Source: Fimbriosthenelais zetlandica
Lineage: Eukaryota
Direction: 5' to 3'
DNA: 64,000 bases
Assembly: GCA_977030845.1 (NCBI GenBank)
Contig: OZ365116.1
Span: 4,154,001 to 4,218,000 of the forward strand
Positions 1-14,400 of the stretch are shown here, in pieces. The notes below the pieces were generated by a model. The model was not told the origin of the DNA. It searched no databases and saw only the letters and a list, made by a program, of their open reading frames with translations. Positions within the stretch are counted from its first letter, which is position 1. Each line of letters begins with the position of its first letter. The position numbers were made by a program, and so were the translations under genes.

Positions 1-688
1 CTCACTGATGTGGAGAAAGCCACAGTATTGTCAATGCCAGTGACAGTGGAGAGACAGACACTTCCAATCTTTTTTCTATAGATAATGGATGGCTTGAGAA
101 TTTCAAATCAAGTTGAAAATAAATGTACCTCATGTTCGTGATTCAGTATGTTGTATGTAATATTTTCATGATCACCTGAGGCTATGCTGTTGGCAGCTCA
201 TAATCCCTTCAGCTACACGTATATAATTAATCTCCATCCACGAGTGTCTTAATTAGTCGGATAATGACTGGTATTTTTGCCTCTAGTAATATGGACAAAT
301 CATCAGGACATGCGACAAAATCCCTCATTTAGGCCTACTCTCCAACAGTTTCTTCCATTTCCCCATAGATTGAAATATGGATTCATAATCAGTAAGGAAC
401 ATGTAGGATAAAAAAAGAGTTATCATTAAGTAAATAGTGATAACCAGCATGAACATTATCAGCCTTGAGTGGTCATTAAGCTTGACGAGTACCTGCTGAC
501 TCAAGTGGCATGTAATGGTAATTATCCCTGCCACTGATGATTGACACTAATTGGGGCCAACCAGGCGCTACATGGCAATGATTCTACCAGGTAGAATGTA
601 GATAAAGACTGATAACAATGGCTGCCACTGATTAGGTGTAAAATATGTCATTGACTGAGGATAAATACATCAATCCTTCCTACAAATG

Positions 689-950
689 GACCACCACGGC
701 GCTGTCAGTTTATTCCCCGTGTGTGGAAGGTCGCTTGTTCGAACCGAGGCCGAATCAAATCTTAGAATACAAAATCGGTACTAATAGCTCCCTCAGCACT
801 CAGCAATAAGATGACAGTGCTAGGATTGGTCGGCCTGGTGTCAGGATAAAGAGACTGCGATCATGTCATGTGCCTGCGACATGATACCTCAGTGAGGCAG
901 CAATATAAAAGAGCATAGGGCTTTGCCTTATTGTCACTAGTAGCAACATG
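689..950 (+). mobile_element. tRNA-derived SINE (SINE2), decayed copy; boundaries approximate
   Basis: Pol III B-box GTTCGAACC at 737-745 within a tRNA-like head whose A-box is degenerate. It is followed by a body (AAAATCGGTACT...CAGCACTCAGCAATAAG...GTCAGGATAA...TCAGTGAGGCAGCAATATAAAA) resembling, from memory, the conserved central domain of widespread invertebrate SINE2 families. Family assignment not verified. Confidence 0.7.
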
Positions 951-3900
951 TATAATTGTCTTTTCTATATTTCTTAATAATCTTTACAAGGTTTAAGAGT
1001 CCGTTATTACCTCCCTTGGTTATTTTATTTCAGAATAAGCAAGGTTGCCGATACTTTCTTAAAATAACCTTATATTCTTCAGGACAAACTCCGCTTTTAT
1101 CAAGCACTTGTGAAATCTATACAGCCAGCTTTTTCCTCTCCCAGCTCAGCCAGGAATATGTTGCACCTGTTCATTTCTGGTCCCCTTCAACTCGGGGCAG
1201 GGATCAGTCTCCTATCAACTCCCCTACTTCCCACTTAAAACATCACACTCCCCAGTATCTCAATATTTTCGCATATTTTAATCCCATATATGTTTTTATC
1301 CTTCTGTTAATACGCATCGCAGGCCTCACTGCACCGTGCATTAAGATATTTTATATTACAGAAAGGAAAAGAACAGATGTTTCTTTTCCCAGTGCATCAG
1401 CATTATTCTCAGAAGGTAAAAACATGAAAAAATCATTCTCTGCCTACTTAAAAACAAGTCTTCAACATAGGAGAGAAGACAAAGTGAATGACAGATGGGT
1501 TGTCTTGACATTTTCACTTATCTCTTTAGCGTTCGTCTTACATGGTGTGTCTGTAATTTCTATCTTTTCCCGTTAGTTATGGTTTGTTGATTTAGGCGTG
1601 ACTTTGATCAAAAACCCTTTACACTTTCTAATGGATATCTCCTTCCTCAAAATCCTCATCTGTTTTAATGGATGTGGCTGGCACAGATATTTAAAATGTT
1701 TGATAATTCTGCTGGAATCTCCCCTTTAACTGTTATTTTGTGCAATGGAATATTGTGTTTTCTATTTTCAATTTTATCCTGTGTTGTGCCTATGACATTG
1801 TCTGTCATTGTCAGAATCCTTTCATGTTTGGATCAGGCTCTTCACCCGCTGTAAATTCCTTATTTAATATTATTTTATGAATGTCATCACAAGTCTACAT
1901 TGTCTCTCAGTGTCCAGTAATGAGGAGCTGGCCCTGGCCCGCCATCTGAAGGCTGACATGCACACTGTGCCACTGCCTCGTTTGGTGTTCACTTTCCCGT
2001 TTAGAGGGCGCCTCTGTCCCCTCATGGCTCTCTCCAATCATCGCCCCTCTCCCTCCCCCTCCTACACGTCTCCATCTCCCTTTTCTGAGAGACAGATCTG
2101 CCAAAGATAATATGCAGGAGAAGGAGTTTAAAATGAGCTAAATAATTCCTTTACATTTTTACAAAGGAAGAAGTTGCAGTTGTCCCAATGATGATGAACT
2201 CAGGAGACACAGTTGGATGGATGAGGCAAAAACCTTTGGACCCGAGTTGCCAGTTTGTTTTCCCAAAAGAAACGAAATGATTGATGCAGTGGGAGTTAAA
2301 GAAGGAGATAGGGTGGGAAATTATTACCGCTCCATCCATTGTGAGGGAAAACTGATGGATCTTTCAACGAGATCTTGATTCGTTTACACCATAAATAAAA
2401 CTCCCAATTATTCTTAATTTCATCCTTTGTTATTCTGGAGCATTTCCCAACTGCCTGAGAAATATTCACATAGTTTGTTGCGAGTTTGATCGCTCAATCG
2501 GAGGTGAATATATGTAGTGTATCCTCGCTCTTGTCGAGATGCTAGGGCTGATGTTCTCAGCGATTCTGAGATATGTGGAGGGTTTTTGTCTATGATGGTT
2601 TGATTAGCCCGCTGAGCCAATGACATGAGAACGACTACATGGGGTGGCTTCTGATGGTGTTAGTCCCTCTATTTTTGTTGATTGCTTCTCTTTCTGCTTT
2701 TGATAAGAGTGGGAGAAATAATCGGACCACCTTAGAGATGATGTAGAAGTGGGATAGGAGATGGCTAGAAGTGGGACATGGAAGGGGAGAGAGGGAAAGG
2801 ACGGACCTTACATGTGAAGGAGAGAATGTGAAGGAATAGAGAAAGAGAGGAAGGACGGAGGGGTAGAATCAACGAGAGTAAAATAAATTTAGCTTTATTT
2901 CACTCTCGTTGGTAGAATGAAGAGAGGAATATAAAGAGGAAGAAGGGAAGAAAATAAGAGGGTAGTCTATATTATAAAGTGTGGAAAGGGGAAGAAGTGG
3001 AGGGCTCGTGGGGTTGGGTGAAATGTGAGGGAATGGAGGAGGGATATGGTGTAGTGGATATCACACAGCGGTAGGGTACATAAATTCACAGCAAATGCGT
3101 CATCACCAGAACCTCTGATAATGTTGTTACTAACATCATTTAGTGGAATTTCTATACTCCTGGTCTCGAGGAGGAAAAAGAAATCCCATTTCTTGGGTCA
3201 GGGAGATATCGGTGTAGAGAGGGGGAGATTCCTGACAGCTCCTGATAATGCTGGGTGATGGATATCCTAGACGCCCCTAGATAGCAAGGGGTGGATCCTT
3301 TTTGAAGATTTCTGCCCCAGCCTTGTTTTATAATCACTGATACTGGCCCAAATTTGCCCTAGGTTTTCTGGAAAAAAGCAAAACGTTTTCCACTAAGAAG
3401 ACAGACTCATAGGTCAATCGTCGTTGGTGGTTTGGTGCTTAAAGAGGTCATAAAGATTAGAATAAACAGGGCATAGCTTTGACCTCTCTGGTATGTGGGG
3501 ATTCTTACTGAGGCTTTGTCGGTGATAAAGTATTGTCTCTTATCTATGAGTATAAACACTTAGATGAGCTGGCTTTGGCCAATGAATCTTTACGAATATT
3601 ACATAACTTAGATGGTGAGATATAATCTTGCAAGAATCGTGCAAGACATTTCCATCATATCTCTTAGCGGAATGTTTGTCTACACGATGACATTATATTT
3701 CATTAAGGGTGGTGATTGAAAAAATCATTACACAGACTTAATTCACAAGCTCGCCTCATTCCGAGCTGGCGAGCTCATGAATTTTGAAGCAAGCTGGCAT
3801 GTCACACCAACCTCTACACTAATTCACGTCGACTTGGATCTCATCACCATTCTAGCGAGACTGACAATGGAAAGGCTGAACAGACGGGAGGAGAATTGGA

Positions 3901-6471
3901 CTTCCTAATTAGCTGAGCTCCTTAAACCTGCTGACCAATACAGAAACAACTACGACTGGCTTTTGCTTCCTTATGCCGATAGGCTCTACTGTCATGCGAC
4001 CATTGTATAGTAGGTCCTACAAGCTTCCCTCTCCCCCTGAGACACTCATAGAGCATAATATATACACTGAACTTTTCAAGTACAAGTAAAAGGTTACATA
4101 TTTCTCTTAGAGGTGATTTTAACACGTAAATCCACGGAGGAAATATTTGCCAACAGATGAGAATAAGTAGCCTGATCTGGTCAGTTTTCCTTATCGAGTC
4201 ATTTTACAAAAAGGATGTTAAGTCCCAGAAGAATCTCCATCTTGCAGGATTTTGGCCCAGGCCTGGCCTTTGATCTTTAAAAAGCCTGATCTCACACCAT
4301 GCCTAATGGAATTCCCTCCACTAAAACGCCACATAGCGGAAGTGTGATCTCCACCATTATAAAACCTAAGCCGATTTCTTTTCATCGGACACCCACCCTG
4401 CCTCCCTTTCTCCTGAAGCCCTGCTAGTCTTGACACATATCCCGTGATTCTACTGCCCCTTTAGCCAGATCCCCCTTTTAGTCTTGGTTGACGACATTCG
4501 GGGCAGTGCGACTTTGCAGACGTATTCCAACAGGTCAAGCAGACCAAAACGAAAGCGAAAGTGAGCATTTGAGCCTTTGGACACTAGGAAGGCTATAATC
4601 TAGACTGATGAGGCTTCTTTCAGTTGTAGAAGACCCCACAGTCACAGGCCACTAACCTCCGATAGAGAGAAAAGTTCAGTTGTTGCAGGATATATTAGCT
4701 TCAAGCTGATTGGTTTGCGTGTCAGTGTCCAGGTAGATGGCTTCTCAGCTTCTACAACTAGAAACGGGAAGTGTGGAGAGAAAGGGTGAGAGGAGAGACA
4801 AGCCGGGGCTGAGTAAAGTGAGGGTGATTTGAGGCTCTCTTATTGAGGGTGATTGATGGATTGGTGATTATACCTCAATCACAGCTTGCTCCAGCTTGCT
4901 CCAGCTTGCTCCTGTCTCCACCGCACCTGAGCACCGTCCACAAACCTCCCAACCCTCTAATGACCATTCACACTCCCTCCTTTGTTCACTGTGTTCACTA
5001 AAGTTAAAGCAATCCCATATTGTTTGCCAGAAGAAACTCGGTACTCTGTTTGATATCTCCGAGGAAAGGTACTCCTAGTTTGAGGAAAAGGATGAGTGGC
5101 AAAAAACCTGATTATCCTTTCAAAATGAGATACTTTTGATTTCCTTTTCATGTTTTCTTTTCCAAAAAGCGACCTTCGTCGCTCCTAAGAAATGTTAGGA
5201 GGACTTGACGAGATAACGTGGTTATTCTTTGATGGTTGTCTCATTGCCATCATGATTTTTGCCCTGAAGATCTCTTGACAAAAACTGACTTTTTCCCGAG
5301 TGAATGTGATGATCACAAAGGATCAGAACCTAATAGGACATGGTCCTACAGAAAGAACATGTAGCGGTAGTTCCCCTCATTCATCAAGTGAATGTTCTAC
5401 TTCTTTTACACTCTATATGGAGCGTGGGTAATCTACCTTGAATATGATGAAGCTAATGTAGCAACATTTAAAGATTTATGTTACGATAACAGCCTTTAGA
5501 TTATTTTTTACCAGTTTCCCCGTAGAAAATGTACCCAGCCAGAGGCACTGAATTGAGTAGATGGATTCCAAGCCCATCTCAGATGAGAGGAATCTTTTTG
5601 GAATCCAATTCCCGTAATATTACTTGTAACCCTCCTCGGCTGGGCACTACTCCCAAAACAGGAAGTCCATACAACAGTAGTGCGGATGAGCCCCGAACTG
5701 GAAACGAGGCCACTGAAATGAATGCGAGGCTTCCATTGATTTTCAATTGAGATAAAATTAGCTTTCCTCCAGCACTCCCGTCCTTGCTCCTGTGTCGTAA
5801 TCTGCCCATAGCAAGGAGCCAGTTTTTGGTAACGATTATAAATGCTGCAATGGTCTTGTGCCGAGTTCCGCTCAGCAGGGAAATGACGATAATTCGATTA
5901 CCTTGCTAATTGAGTATTGTTTATGAAGTTGCACTTCAGCCATTTACTGACATTCTCCCTCGAGGATTAATAGTAGCGCGTTCCATTGTCAGTTTTTGGT
6001 CGGGAACAGGAGCTGATTTCTGCCTGATTGCTAGACGAATTCGAGGCTCCTTTACAGAATACTTCTACGATAGAGGATATGTGGCTGTGCTGCAAGATTC
6101 GAACTGATGATGCGCAAGTCTATTTCCTTCAAAGGAGCTAGTTAATTGAGTTATAGCCTGCGCAGCTAGCAACAGGGTAAGAGGGTTGTATGACAGGCAG
6201 TCGTGTCTCTTCCCCTTTATATGATGCCTACACCCTCGTTATATCAGCCGCCATATTTTGTTAGTTCCCGTATGTCTATATATTTCTGTATATATGCTTT
6301 ACTAAGAGATCTTCCCTGTCCCTGTCCCTTATGGTCTCATACATACTTATATTCATTCATATATACTTAATATTCATTTGGAGAAATTATTTTTCTCAAG
6401 ATGATATTTTAGGTAGGCGCTGAATCTGCTAGTATAGAAGATCCAGATTTCAGCTGTGACTCATAATTTAA

Positions 6472-6573
6472 AATGTGAGATAGAGTGAGTGAAAGTTGTT
6501 GAGATGAATGTGAGATAGAGTGAGTGAAAGTTGTTGAGATGAATGTGAGATAGAGTGAGTGAAAGTTGTTGAG
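6472..6573. repeat. 35-bp tandem repeat, ~2.9 identical copies
   Basis: Unit AATGTGAGATAGAGTGAGTGAAAGTTGTTGAGATG starts at 6472, 6507 and 6542. Confidence 0.95.
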
Positions 6574-7617
6574 TGCAGCTCCTACCATTAAACACTCGTC
6601 TTCATTACTTGAAAGTCATTTTTGTTCCGATTCACATCCTTTAAGATGCTAATCCCAGCCGACTTGCTCTAATTAAAATTTGAATTAATTAACAACGGTT
6701 GCTAATGTCTTTCTTTACACTGACTTGAACGCCTTGTTGAGGATCAAGGTTGGTCTCACTGCTTACCAGAGAGAAGAGGAAATGTCAACACAGGTTTAGT
6801 CTCACATTCAGGGGAGGGGAAATAAATCTTTCAACAAACTGATTTTTTGCTACAACCGCCTACCTGTTTTGTGCTGGTCATCTGGCAGGACCCCATTCTT
6901 CATATTGGCCTGGCCTTATTCTATCCTTTACAGTTTGCTATCCATTATAGGAAGTTCCAACCTATAGCACAAGACCTACATCTACTATAATATTCTAATG
7001 GTATTGATGTAAAAGTCATGAGAAACATAACTATTTTTTCTAATTCATAATCCATAATGTGAAACCGTACAGGTTAAATAATTAGTGGTATTTGGCTTTG
7101 TTATACCACATTATTATACATGTACTTTAAGATGATTTATACACATGTGGGGGTATATCACTGGACCACCCTGGAGACAGGTTGCACCCCGCCAGTGTCT
7201 TATGTTCCATGAGTATACAGAATAATACCAATGTAAATAAATCAAGCTCTGAAAACGCTGACAAAAACTCAATGTCTTCTGCAGGATCTCTCCCACTCGG
7301 TACTTCAGAATGCTCCTAAGTGTGTTTCTTTTATGCAGTAGGTATATTATTGTGGAGGTGGCCTCCATGCAGTGTTGTTTGCCCATCATGAATTGTATTC
7401 TGATCACCTTCCAACGCCAAGAGAGAAATTAAGAATGGCAAATTTGATATAGCAAGCTGACAAGGAAGGACCCTTGGTTCCACTATGGTGGATCTTTTTA
7501 CCCTCCTCGGGGGTTTGAATGAGGGAGAAGGATTTGAGTCAGCCATGAGGTTGGTGGGGGCAGGGTGGGGCTCCCTCATGTATATATGCATGACCCATCT
7601 GTGTCCACTATGGAGAA

Positions 7618-7670
7618 CCCCAGCCCCCAGCCCCCAGCCCCCAGCCCCCAGCCCCCAGCCCCCAGCCCCC
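7618..7670. repeat. (CCCCCAG)n 7-bp microsatellite, ~7.5 copies; G-quadruplex-capable on the minus strand
   Basis: Perfect period-7 array read directly; the minus strand is (CTGGGGG)n. Confidence 0.95.
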
Positions 7671-10600
7671 TAATGCATCACTTGCTTAGCCCACACTAAT
7701 TCCCCCCAGCCTCTCAAAGCTTCTGTCTTTTCTTGGGAGACAAATTCAGGGACAAGTGCATACAAGTAAGACCTGATGCCAGCTGATATTGGCAGAGCTT
7801 GGCTTGTTAGTCACACCACATTGCCTGGTAAAATTGATCGTCTCTTGTGACCAATGCCAATGTTGGCTTTCTGAAGACAAGTCCTCCTCTAAGCCACTTC
7901 CTTCAAGCAGGAAATAATTGCAGTAGAAATAGTCAAGATCTGAGATGCATGTTTACAGTGATGATTGTGTAGTATGTGCCTCCTATAGGTGTAGGCTATT
8001 TATCATTGTCCAGTTAAAGGGAACTCTAACTACACTAAGTAAGTGGCCTCAGTCAGAGTGGCTCTCTTGAAGCATCAGCTGGTGTCCCATTGCTCCATTG
8101 CTCTCTCAATTTGCCTGAGATGAAGCCTCAACTTTCAATTTTCTATCAGTTGCCTGCAGCAGTTCGGTTTCATGTTCCAGTAAAGACCGCATTTCCTACT
8201 TGCTAGGCTTCACGATGAACTGACATAATATACACCTGTTATATTAAAGTTACGTGACACTGGCTTTTGGCTTAATTAACAGAAGACCTCGTATGATTTG
8301 ATATGGTAATAATCCCTGATTTCTCCATGTAATCCATGCTTAGATGAAGGTACATTAGTAATATTGATCTGAGATGATTTCTATTTCCCCTCCTGTACAT
8401 ATAAAGCGAGTACAAGTATGTGGTCTGTTGCAAGATGTACTTATTTAAACTGGCTGTATTATTGATGATGTGAGAGCATGTCAACTAACCAAGTTTCCTC
8501 TTCTTTTTGAGGGCAATTTGAACCGCTAAGATGCCTGCATAAGACGGACCTTTGTCTGAATTTCACTGTTTAATTTACTCATCAATCTAAGCCCTGCTGA
8601 CATGTTGATCAATAATGGCGCTATTATTATCATGAGGCAGACAAACTCTCTAGACCCTTTCTCTGTGTTTTCTCATTGCAGAACTTGTCTCTTCTAAAAA
8701 TATCAAAACCCACCATGGATCCAATCTGGTACGTTGAGTCTGTGCACTTCTTAGGCTTCTCTGTGTTGTGGCCTTAGATTGGTGCTATTTGGGGCCTTTT
8801 TGTGACGTCTGTTCATCCTCTCTCCTCATCCACACTTAGGAAAAAATATCAGATTTGTCCAGTGTCTGTCTCTCCTTTTTGCAATCAACCCTTCCCCTAT
8901 TTTTGGAGTTGGCTTCGCGGTTCCTCCTCTTGTTCTTGTCTGTCTAGCCTCATAGAGTGACGTTATAGCGACAAGTAGGGCAAGCTCTCTTTCTGTCCCC
9001 TTATATTTGTGCCTTAATTTTAAACAAGCTGACAATCTAGACTTTCAGGATGGAGAAGGTCCATCCCTATACTTGTAGTCAGTGTTCCCCTTGTTCACTA
9101 TAGGAATTAGATGATCTATTTCATATCTCTTGGGAGCTCTTGATTTTCTTCCAAGTTTCCATTGGTCGACTTTTCATAAGGTTGAAGCACACCATTTGAT
9201 ATGAAATATGACTCCTCGTTTATAGAATGCTGTTTTCCCCTGCTGTTTTCTGCGTAAGTTTTATAAGGTTGGCATTTTCATCAATAATTCAGTTCTTGTT
9301 TCTTTGTCTTTTTGCTTATTTTAGTGTGGCTTTTTTACATTGGCTCTCCAATCTTCTCGTTGGATGTGATTGTTCTTGCAGTTGTTTTCAGAATGTCATC
9401 TTCACGAAGTTCAACAGCAAAAAGATTCATTTTTTATTCTTTAAGCCGGATATATTGAGTTCATTTGGTGCGCATTCACAGATTGTATATCTATGTAGGA
9501 AGAGGTGAGGCAGGAGCCTCAAATAATGTTTTTTATTAAGGGAATTAAAGTGTTCAAACAACTTGCCAGTAAGACCTAAGGCTCACATGTTTTGATGATC
9601 CAACAGTGGGGACTCTCCTCCCCAAATATGCCCAAAGAATTGATAGAGATTCACAAAAAGAGCTTTATTTGCCTTCTTTCTGCCTCGGAATTCCATTGAA
9701 ATGATGGGACGCTGATCTATTGCGACTAATTTCTGACAGCCCTTTCAAAACTTGACATACTTGAAGGAGTTTTCTTGATAATAAGTAATGTATTTTTGCC
9801 ATCTCGTGCTTTTTTCCTGACATATTCTAACTGTACTCGTTTGTCTATACTGCTGAGAGGGCGGGTAGAGAGGCAGGAAAACCTTTATAAACATACATGA
9901 ATCTAAACGCTTGAGAATTGAATGTGAAAATGAGACATCTATTTTGTAGATGTCGCACTAGGGGAGCTGTTTGCCTTTTTTTGTTCAATAACCAGGGACA
10001 GCCTTAACTACAGACCCGTATGTCAGGATGAATCCTTGTCATTTGGTTTGATATCGGATCCTCTCCTATTGTCACTTTACAGTCCCATACAAAAGCTTGC
10101 TGACGATCTCTTCTGAAATGTTTGTTATCAAAGAGATATTTTAAACCATAAAAATTGCCCTTGCGCTGTGTCATCACCCCAACGGTAATTGTTCAAATGC
10201 AAAGTACTAAACTCGGCCTGTCATTCGATGTATGCAGTCACGCCAAATTTTACAGTTGGAATATGATAATTATTCAGTAATTTCGTGCATCAAGTTGCAT
10301 CTTTATGAATGGAATGATTTGATGTATAGTTGATCGGTATACCTGTGTGCTGAGCACTGGCAATAAAAGTGTTTTTTCATGAATGTGATTGTCAATTAAA
10401 TGTCTATTTCTGTTAGGACTTGCTCGGGCAGCAAGCCACCAATGTGTTGCGTCTAGCCCTTGACTTTCCCATGGCCTCAACTCTCATAGCACAAAGTTGG
10501 TCGCTTTAGAGGAGGAACACTGTATTCTACAAAGTGGAAACCGAAGAGGAGAAAAGAGGAGAAGGGATTAATAGAAGGAGCACAGGAGGAGGGGATTTTG

Positions 10601-11425
10601 AAGAGGAAACCGAGACCTGCTTGAACAGGAGCAATGTAAGACGAGATGACCAAATGGAGGAGTTTGAAGAGGAAGAAAATAATGAAATTGACAGGTCCTT
10701 GATGATAGTTGCAGAAAGTACCCCCTTGAAGTTGAAAACAAGAACGATACCCATTTTAGTTCTGAGAGGCTTATTCAGATTATTATAGGGCCTATGGATA
10801 TTCAGATTATTATTGGAAAAATATTTCTCAACCATAGGCCTATATAATTTCTCATTGCCTAAATATAATCTTAGTCCTCAAGACTTTCGCAGGAACACCC
10901 TCCCCCTATTTCCAAAATGGCTGACCCCCTCCCCACTGCTTGAGAGTAACCTGAAATATCCAAATATTGATTGGAAATCTATTTTCTCACAGTGAATTAA
11001 GTAAAGGAAATGAGGGAGGAAGGAAGGTGATTTAGGTGGAGCTATAACTGGGTGGTGAGAAGGCCTGCCGTATCTCGTCTCCAGCTCTCTGTAAGGCGAC
11101 TCTATACCTCCTCACACCAGGCCAAGGGTCACCTGGCCACGGGAGGAAATGATGGAGTGTTACACGATCCGGAATTTTCCAATCGATTACCTCCACTCTG
11201 CCTCTGGGATCCTCTCTCCTGGATACAGTGAATGATCATGTGGGAAAGCTACCTCATAGATCAGCTTTAAACAGGCCCCCATAGACTTGTCCACATCCTT
11301 TAGCCGAGGATGTCAAATTATATATTTAAAAAAACAACTATCATAATGATCATCTAAGATAGCAGTTTATGGGCTACCTCCTCTGGCCCTTTGCCTTGCG
11401 AGTGTTGCCATTTTGTTTTCCCCAG

Positions 11426-11489
11426 TGGCTGATTTTTCTACGGCTTTACCTGCCACATCTGCAACACCACTTGCAAATCGAGCACAGTT
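11426..11489. repeat. Copy of unclassified decayed dispersed repeat (anchor P)
   Basis: TTTTCTACGGCTTTACCTGCCACATCTGCAACACCACTTGCAAATCGAGCACAG aligns with 26284-26450, 38860-39075 and 54165-54285. Confidence 0.7.
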
Positions 11490-14400
11490 ACTATTCACCC
11501 CTCACAAATGTCAAAACGCCTACAGTCTAGCCAAACTTCATACTTTATCCAACTTTATACAAAGGCTTTCAAATGTGAATATATCTAAGTTGAATTTACT
11601 TCAATATGAAGGCACTATGGATTCAATGTACGCATGACATTCAATGTACGTATCCATCCATGAGCATCCCACATCCCTGCCCGTCCCATCATGAGCATCC
11701 AACATCCACGCTCGTCATTGCCATGGCAACTATAAATTTGTGTTTGACAGCATGTATACTGGAGAAATGAAATCATAGCCTTATGTAAAATCAACTTTGA
11801 TTGAGCAAAACTAGAAGCGCCATCGCTCTCTTAGCTCCTGCCATTAGATCGTATCATGATTTATAGATCCTGATTTGTGTTCTCATCTCGATGGATTGAA
11901 ACTAAATGACGCCAGCAATCATAGCCTCCATTAGCCTTCTCCGTTGGCTGATTTAGATCATGAATCATTTATTTATTTTATAGTTCTGCTTCTATCAGCC
12001 TATCTATTGACGTATGAAATAAAACCAGTTCATACGAGATCAAGCATTTGAATCTTTTATTACCGAAGCCTTGCTCACAGCAATATTACTATAATGAGAT
12101 CTTTTTTCGCTGATGATAGCTGTAGATCTCCTGGAATATATTTACAGTGTGTTATCAAGAAGCCAGCTGTATTGATGTGACTTTTACTGTGTGGCTAATT
12201 TGATTTGCCGGGATTGGATTAAATTGCCAATTTACGATTCAATCCAGGCATGCCCTCTACTAGTGAATACCCGTGGGTGTTGACCTTCTTTTTAAGGAAA
12301 ATCCCTATCGGCTTTTATTCATTTATTCCCCTCTCTCATCCACATTCAGATCTATTACTTTTTAATCCACTTTCCATATATGCGTGTTTCTTTCTGAGCG
12401 GGCACCTCAAGTTGTCAGGACCAATGGGGAATTTATCATCGTAATAGTTCCTGGATATAAAATGTTGATAAGGATGTGGAGGGCATTGTATATCGTCAGT
12501 GAAGGGCCATGTACTTCCTCTTTAGTTTGGCTGGTGGGTAAAGGGCAATGTGCTTGTCCTCTACTACTTGTTACATGATTGCTAGAGGCAGGACAAGCAG
12601 GGGAGGCCCTCCCAGGGTCGTCTGGTCACTCGTCATTCTATCACTCCCTACTGTCTCCACTTGACCACTACCTATACCAGAACACGCGAGGACAATGCCC
12701 CCTACAGTACCTACACCTTATATACCCACTCACCAATCCTCCCACTGACCAGGCTTCATCTGGCTCGATCACAATCATTTTAATGACCCATTTCCCTTTT
12801 TTTCATAGAAATTCAGTTCTAAGATATGTCATTTGAATTGCCAATTTTGGAGTTATTAGATTATTCCATTGAAAGGTCATCGCTTATAGATAAAATTTAG
12901 AAAGGGGTTGGTCCAACCTTTAAGGACATTTGTATTGGTGTGAAAGGTGTGCTTGGTGTGTCTTGTGACATTATCATATCAAATTACTGAAGGATTACAG
13001 CCTTTCCTGGTGACGTCACCACTTGACAAAGCCACATAATTCCTCTTCTCAATGATGTAGGCGTCCCGAGTAAAAATGGCGGTCGGATTGAAAGCCTCGA
13101 TGAACTATTCTTTTCTATTTGGGGGCAAAATGTCTGTATACGGTCGAGATGCATCGTGTATAGAGCTCTCTTTTTACAGGGCATTCAAGTATATAAAATG
13201 TCACGAAAGACTTAGTTCAGTTTATAAAAACGTAAAAATTATCTTTGAGAAAAAGCTAGAATTTGTTTTGGATTGGATGATGAAAATAGGCAAAGGAAGT
13301 CTCCCATATGCGGTTAAATGGTAAGCGGTGTGTCTGCCATTTTAAAAATGTTCGTAGCATTGAGTCTGATTGAATAAAACCTAAAGGTAGCCTCTCCCAT
13401 CCAGGTTTTACCAGACTTGCTTGTCATAATACGCAGCTCAATGTACAAAATCTAAGTATATATTTTCCTTTACATAAAAATATATTCCTTTCCTATTAAA
13501 GTAAACAACACCTGAACTTTTCCCAACACTGAGAAATTAAAAATATATAGTGAAAAACATGAAAGCAAATCTCGGCCCACCCTTTGACAATAGTATTTTA
13601 GACCGAAGATTTTGAATAACTTGGACTTAATTACTGTTTAAAGAAATTCATTACAGTAATTTAAAGAGGAGTTGGCCGTATGAGTCACTAGACTATATAA
13701 TTACCAGAGTTTTGTATACTGTGGAATTATATCCATTCATAACCACATATCCTGTGTCAAATAAATCTGTGGTTTGTCCTTAAGTTGGTTTTTTCATTAT
13801 TGACACTAATTGTAGGTATAGGACTCCTCATTCTGTGTGTTCCACGGGCTACTGGTGAACTGTGGAAGCTTTAATATATGATGTTCACTCATTGAAATCT
13901 TTCCTGACAAACAATTGTACTCCTTCCTTTCAAAACTCTCTTCAAAAGGGAATAGAAATGTCAGTATTCTTCCTTTTCAAGCGAGCATACAGATTATCAA
14001 GGATGGCAGTTGGGTCAAGTTCTGTTAAGATTAGTTTTAGTATTAGACACTATAAATTACTTGTAAAAACAATATACTTGGCAGATGTTATTTAGACGTA
14101 ATGTGTGGTGGAGGATTGCTTCATTAATCCTGGATAGAGAGTGATAAGGAAATATCATCTATATTCACAGAATAATTCCCAGATTAATCAGACGTCTGTG
14201 ATGACATGGGCAAATTAATTAGATCCTTGCAGATGAGATTTGGAGATGAATAGTCTCCCATAATTCTTATTCTCTTTCCTCTAGATTTGCTCTTTAATAT
14301 TCCTTCCTGGCTATACTAGGATCATCCTTCATTGTGATCTATATAATTTAAACAATAATCCTTCCCCCGTTTGTCCTTGTTTTGGTTATGCAGGAAGTAA

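Noticed and set aside
956-1576. 206-aa plus-strand ORF
   Set aside because: Starts at a non-ATG codon, has the F/L/I/S-rich composition typical of chance AT-rich frames, and shows no recognisable motif.
4545-4650. CTGATGA cores suggesting hammerhead ribozymes (also minus strand near 62085-62120)
   Set aside because: No correctly placed stem II closed by GAAA could be built.
6248-6260. YY1-like motif (CAAAATATGGCGG on the minus strand) as a relic LINE promoter
   Set aside because: A single short motif; the downstream minus-strand frames contain stops and no identifiable ORF1 or ORF2 motifs.
6472-6573. Direct repeats of CRISPR-like length (also 15739-15816 and 59803-59894)
   Set aside because: Units are head-to-tail with no unique spacers, there are no cas genes, and the context is eukaryotic.
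10534-10788. Glu-rich 84-aa ORF
   Set aside because: Falls in a purine-rich low-complexity tract similar to those at ~2700-3050, ~40140-40280 and ~57120-57250; composition explains the open frame.
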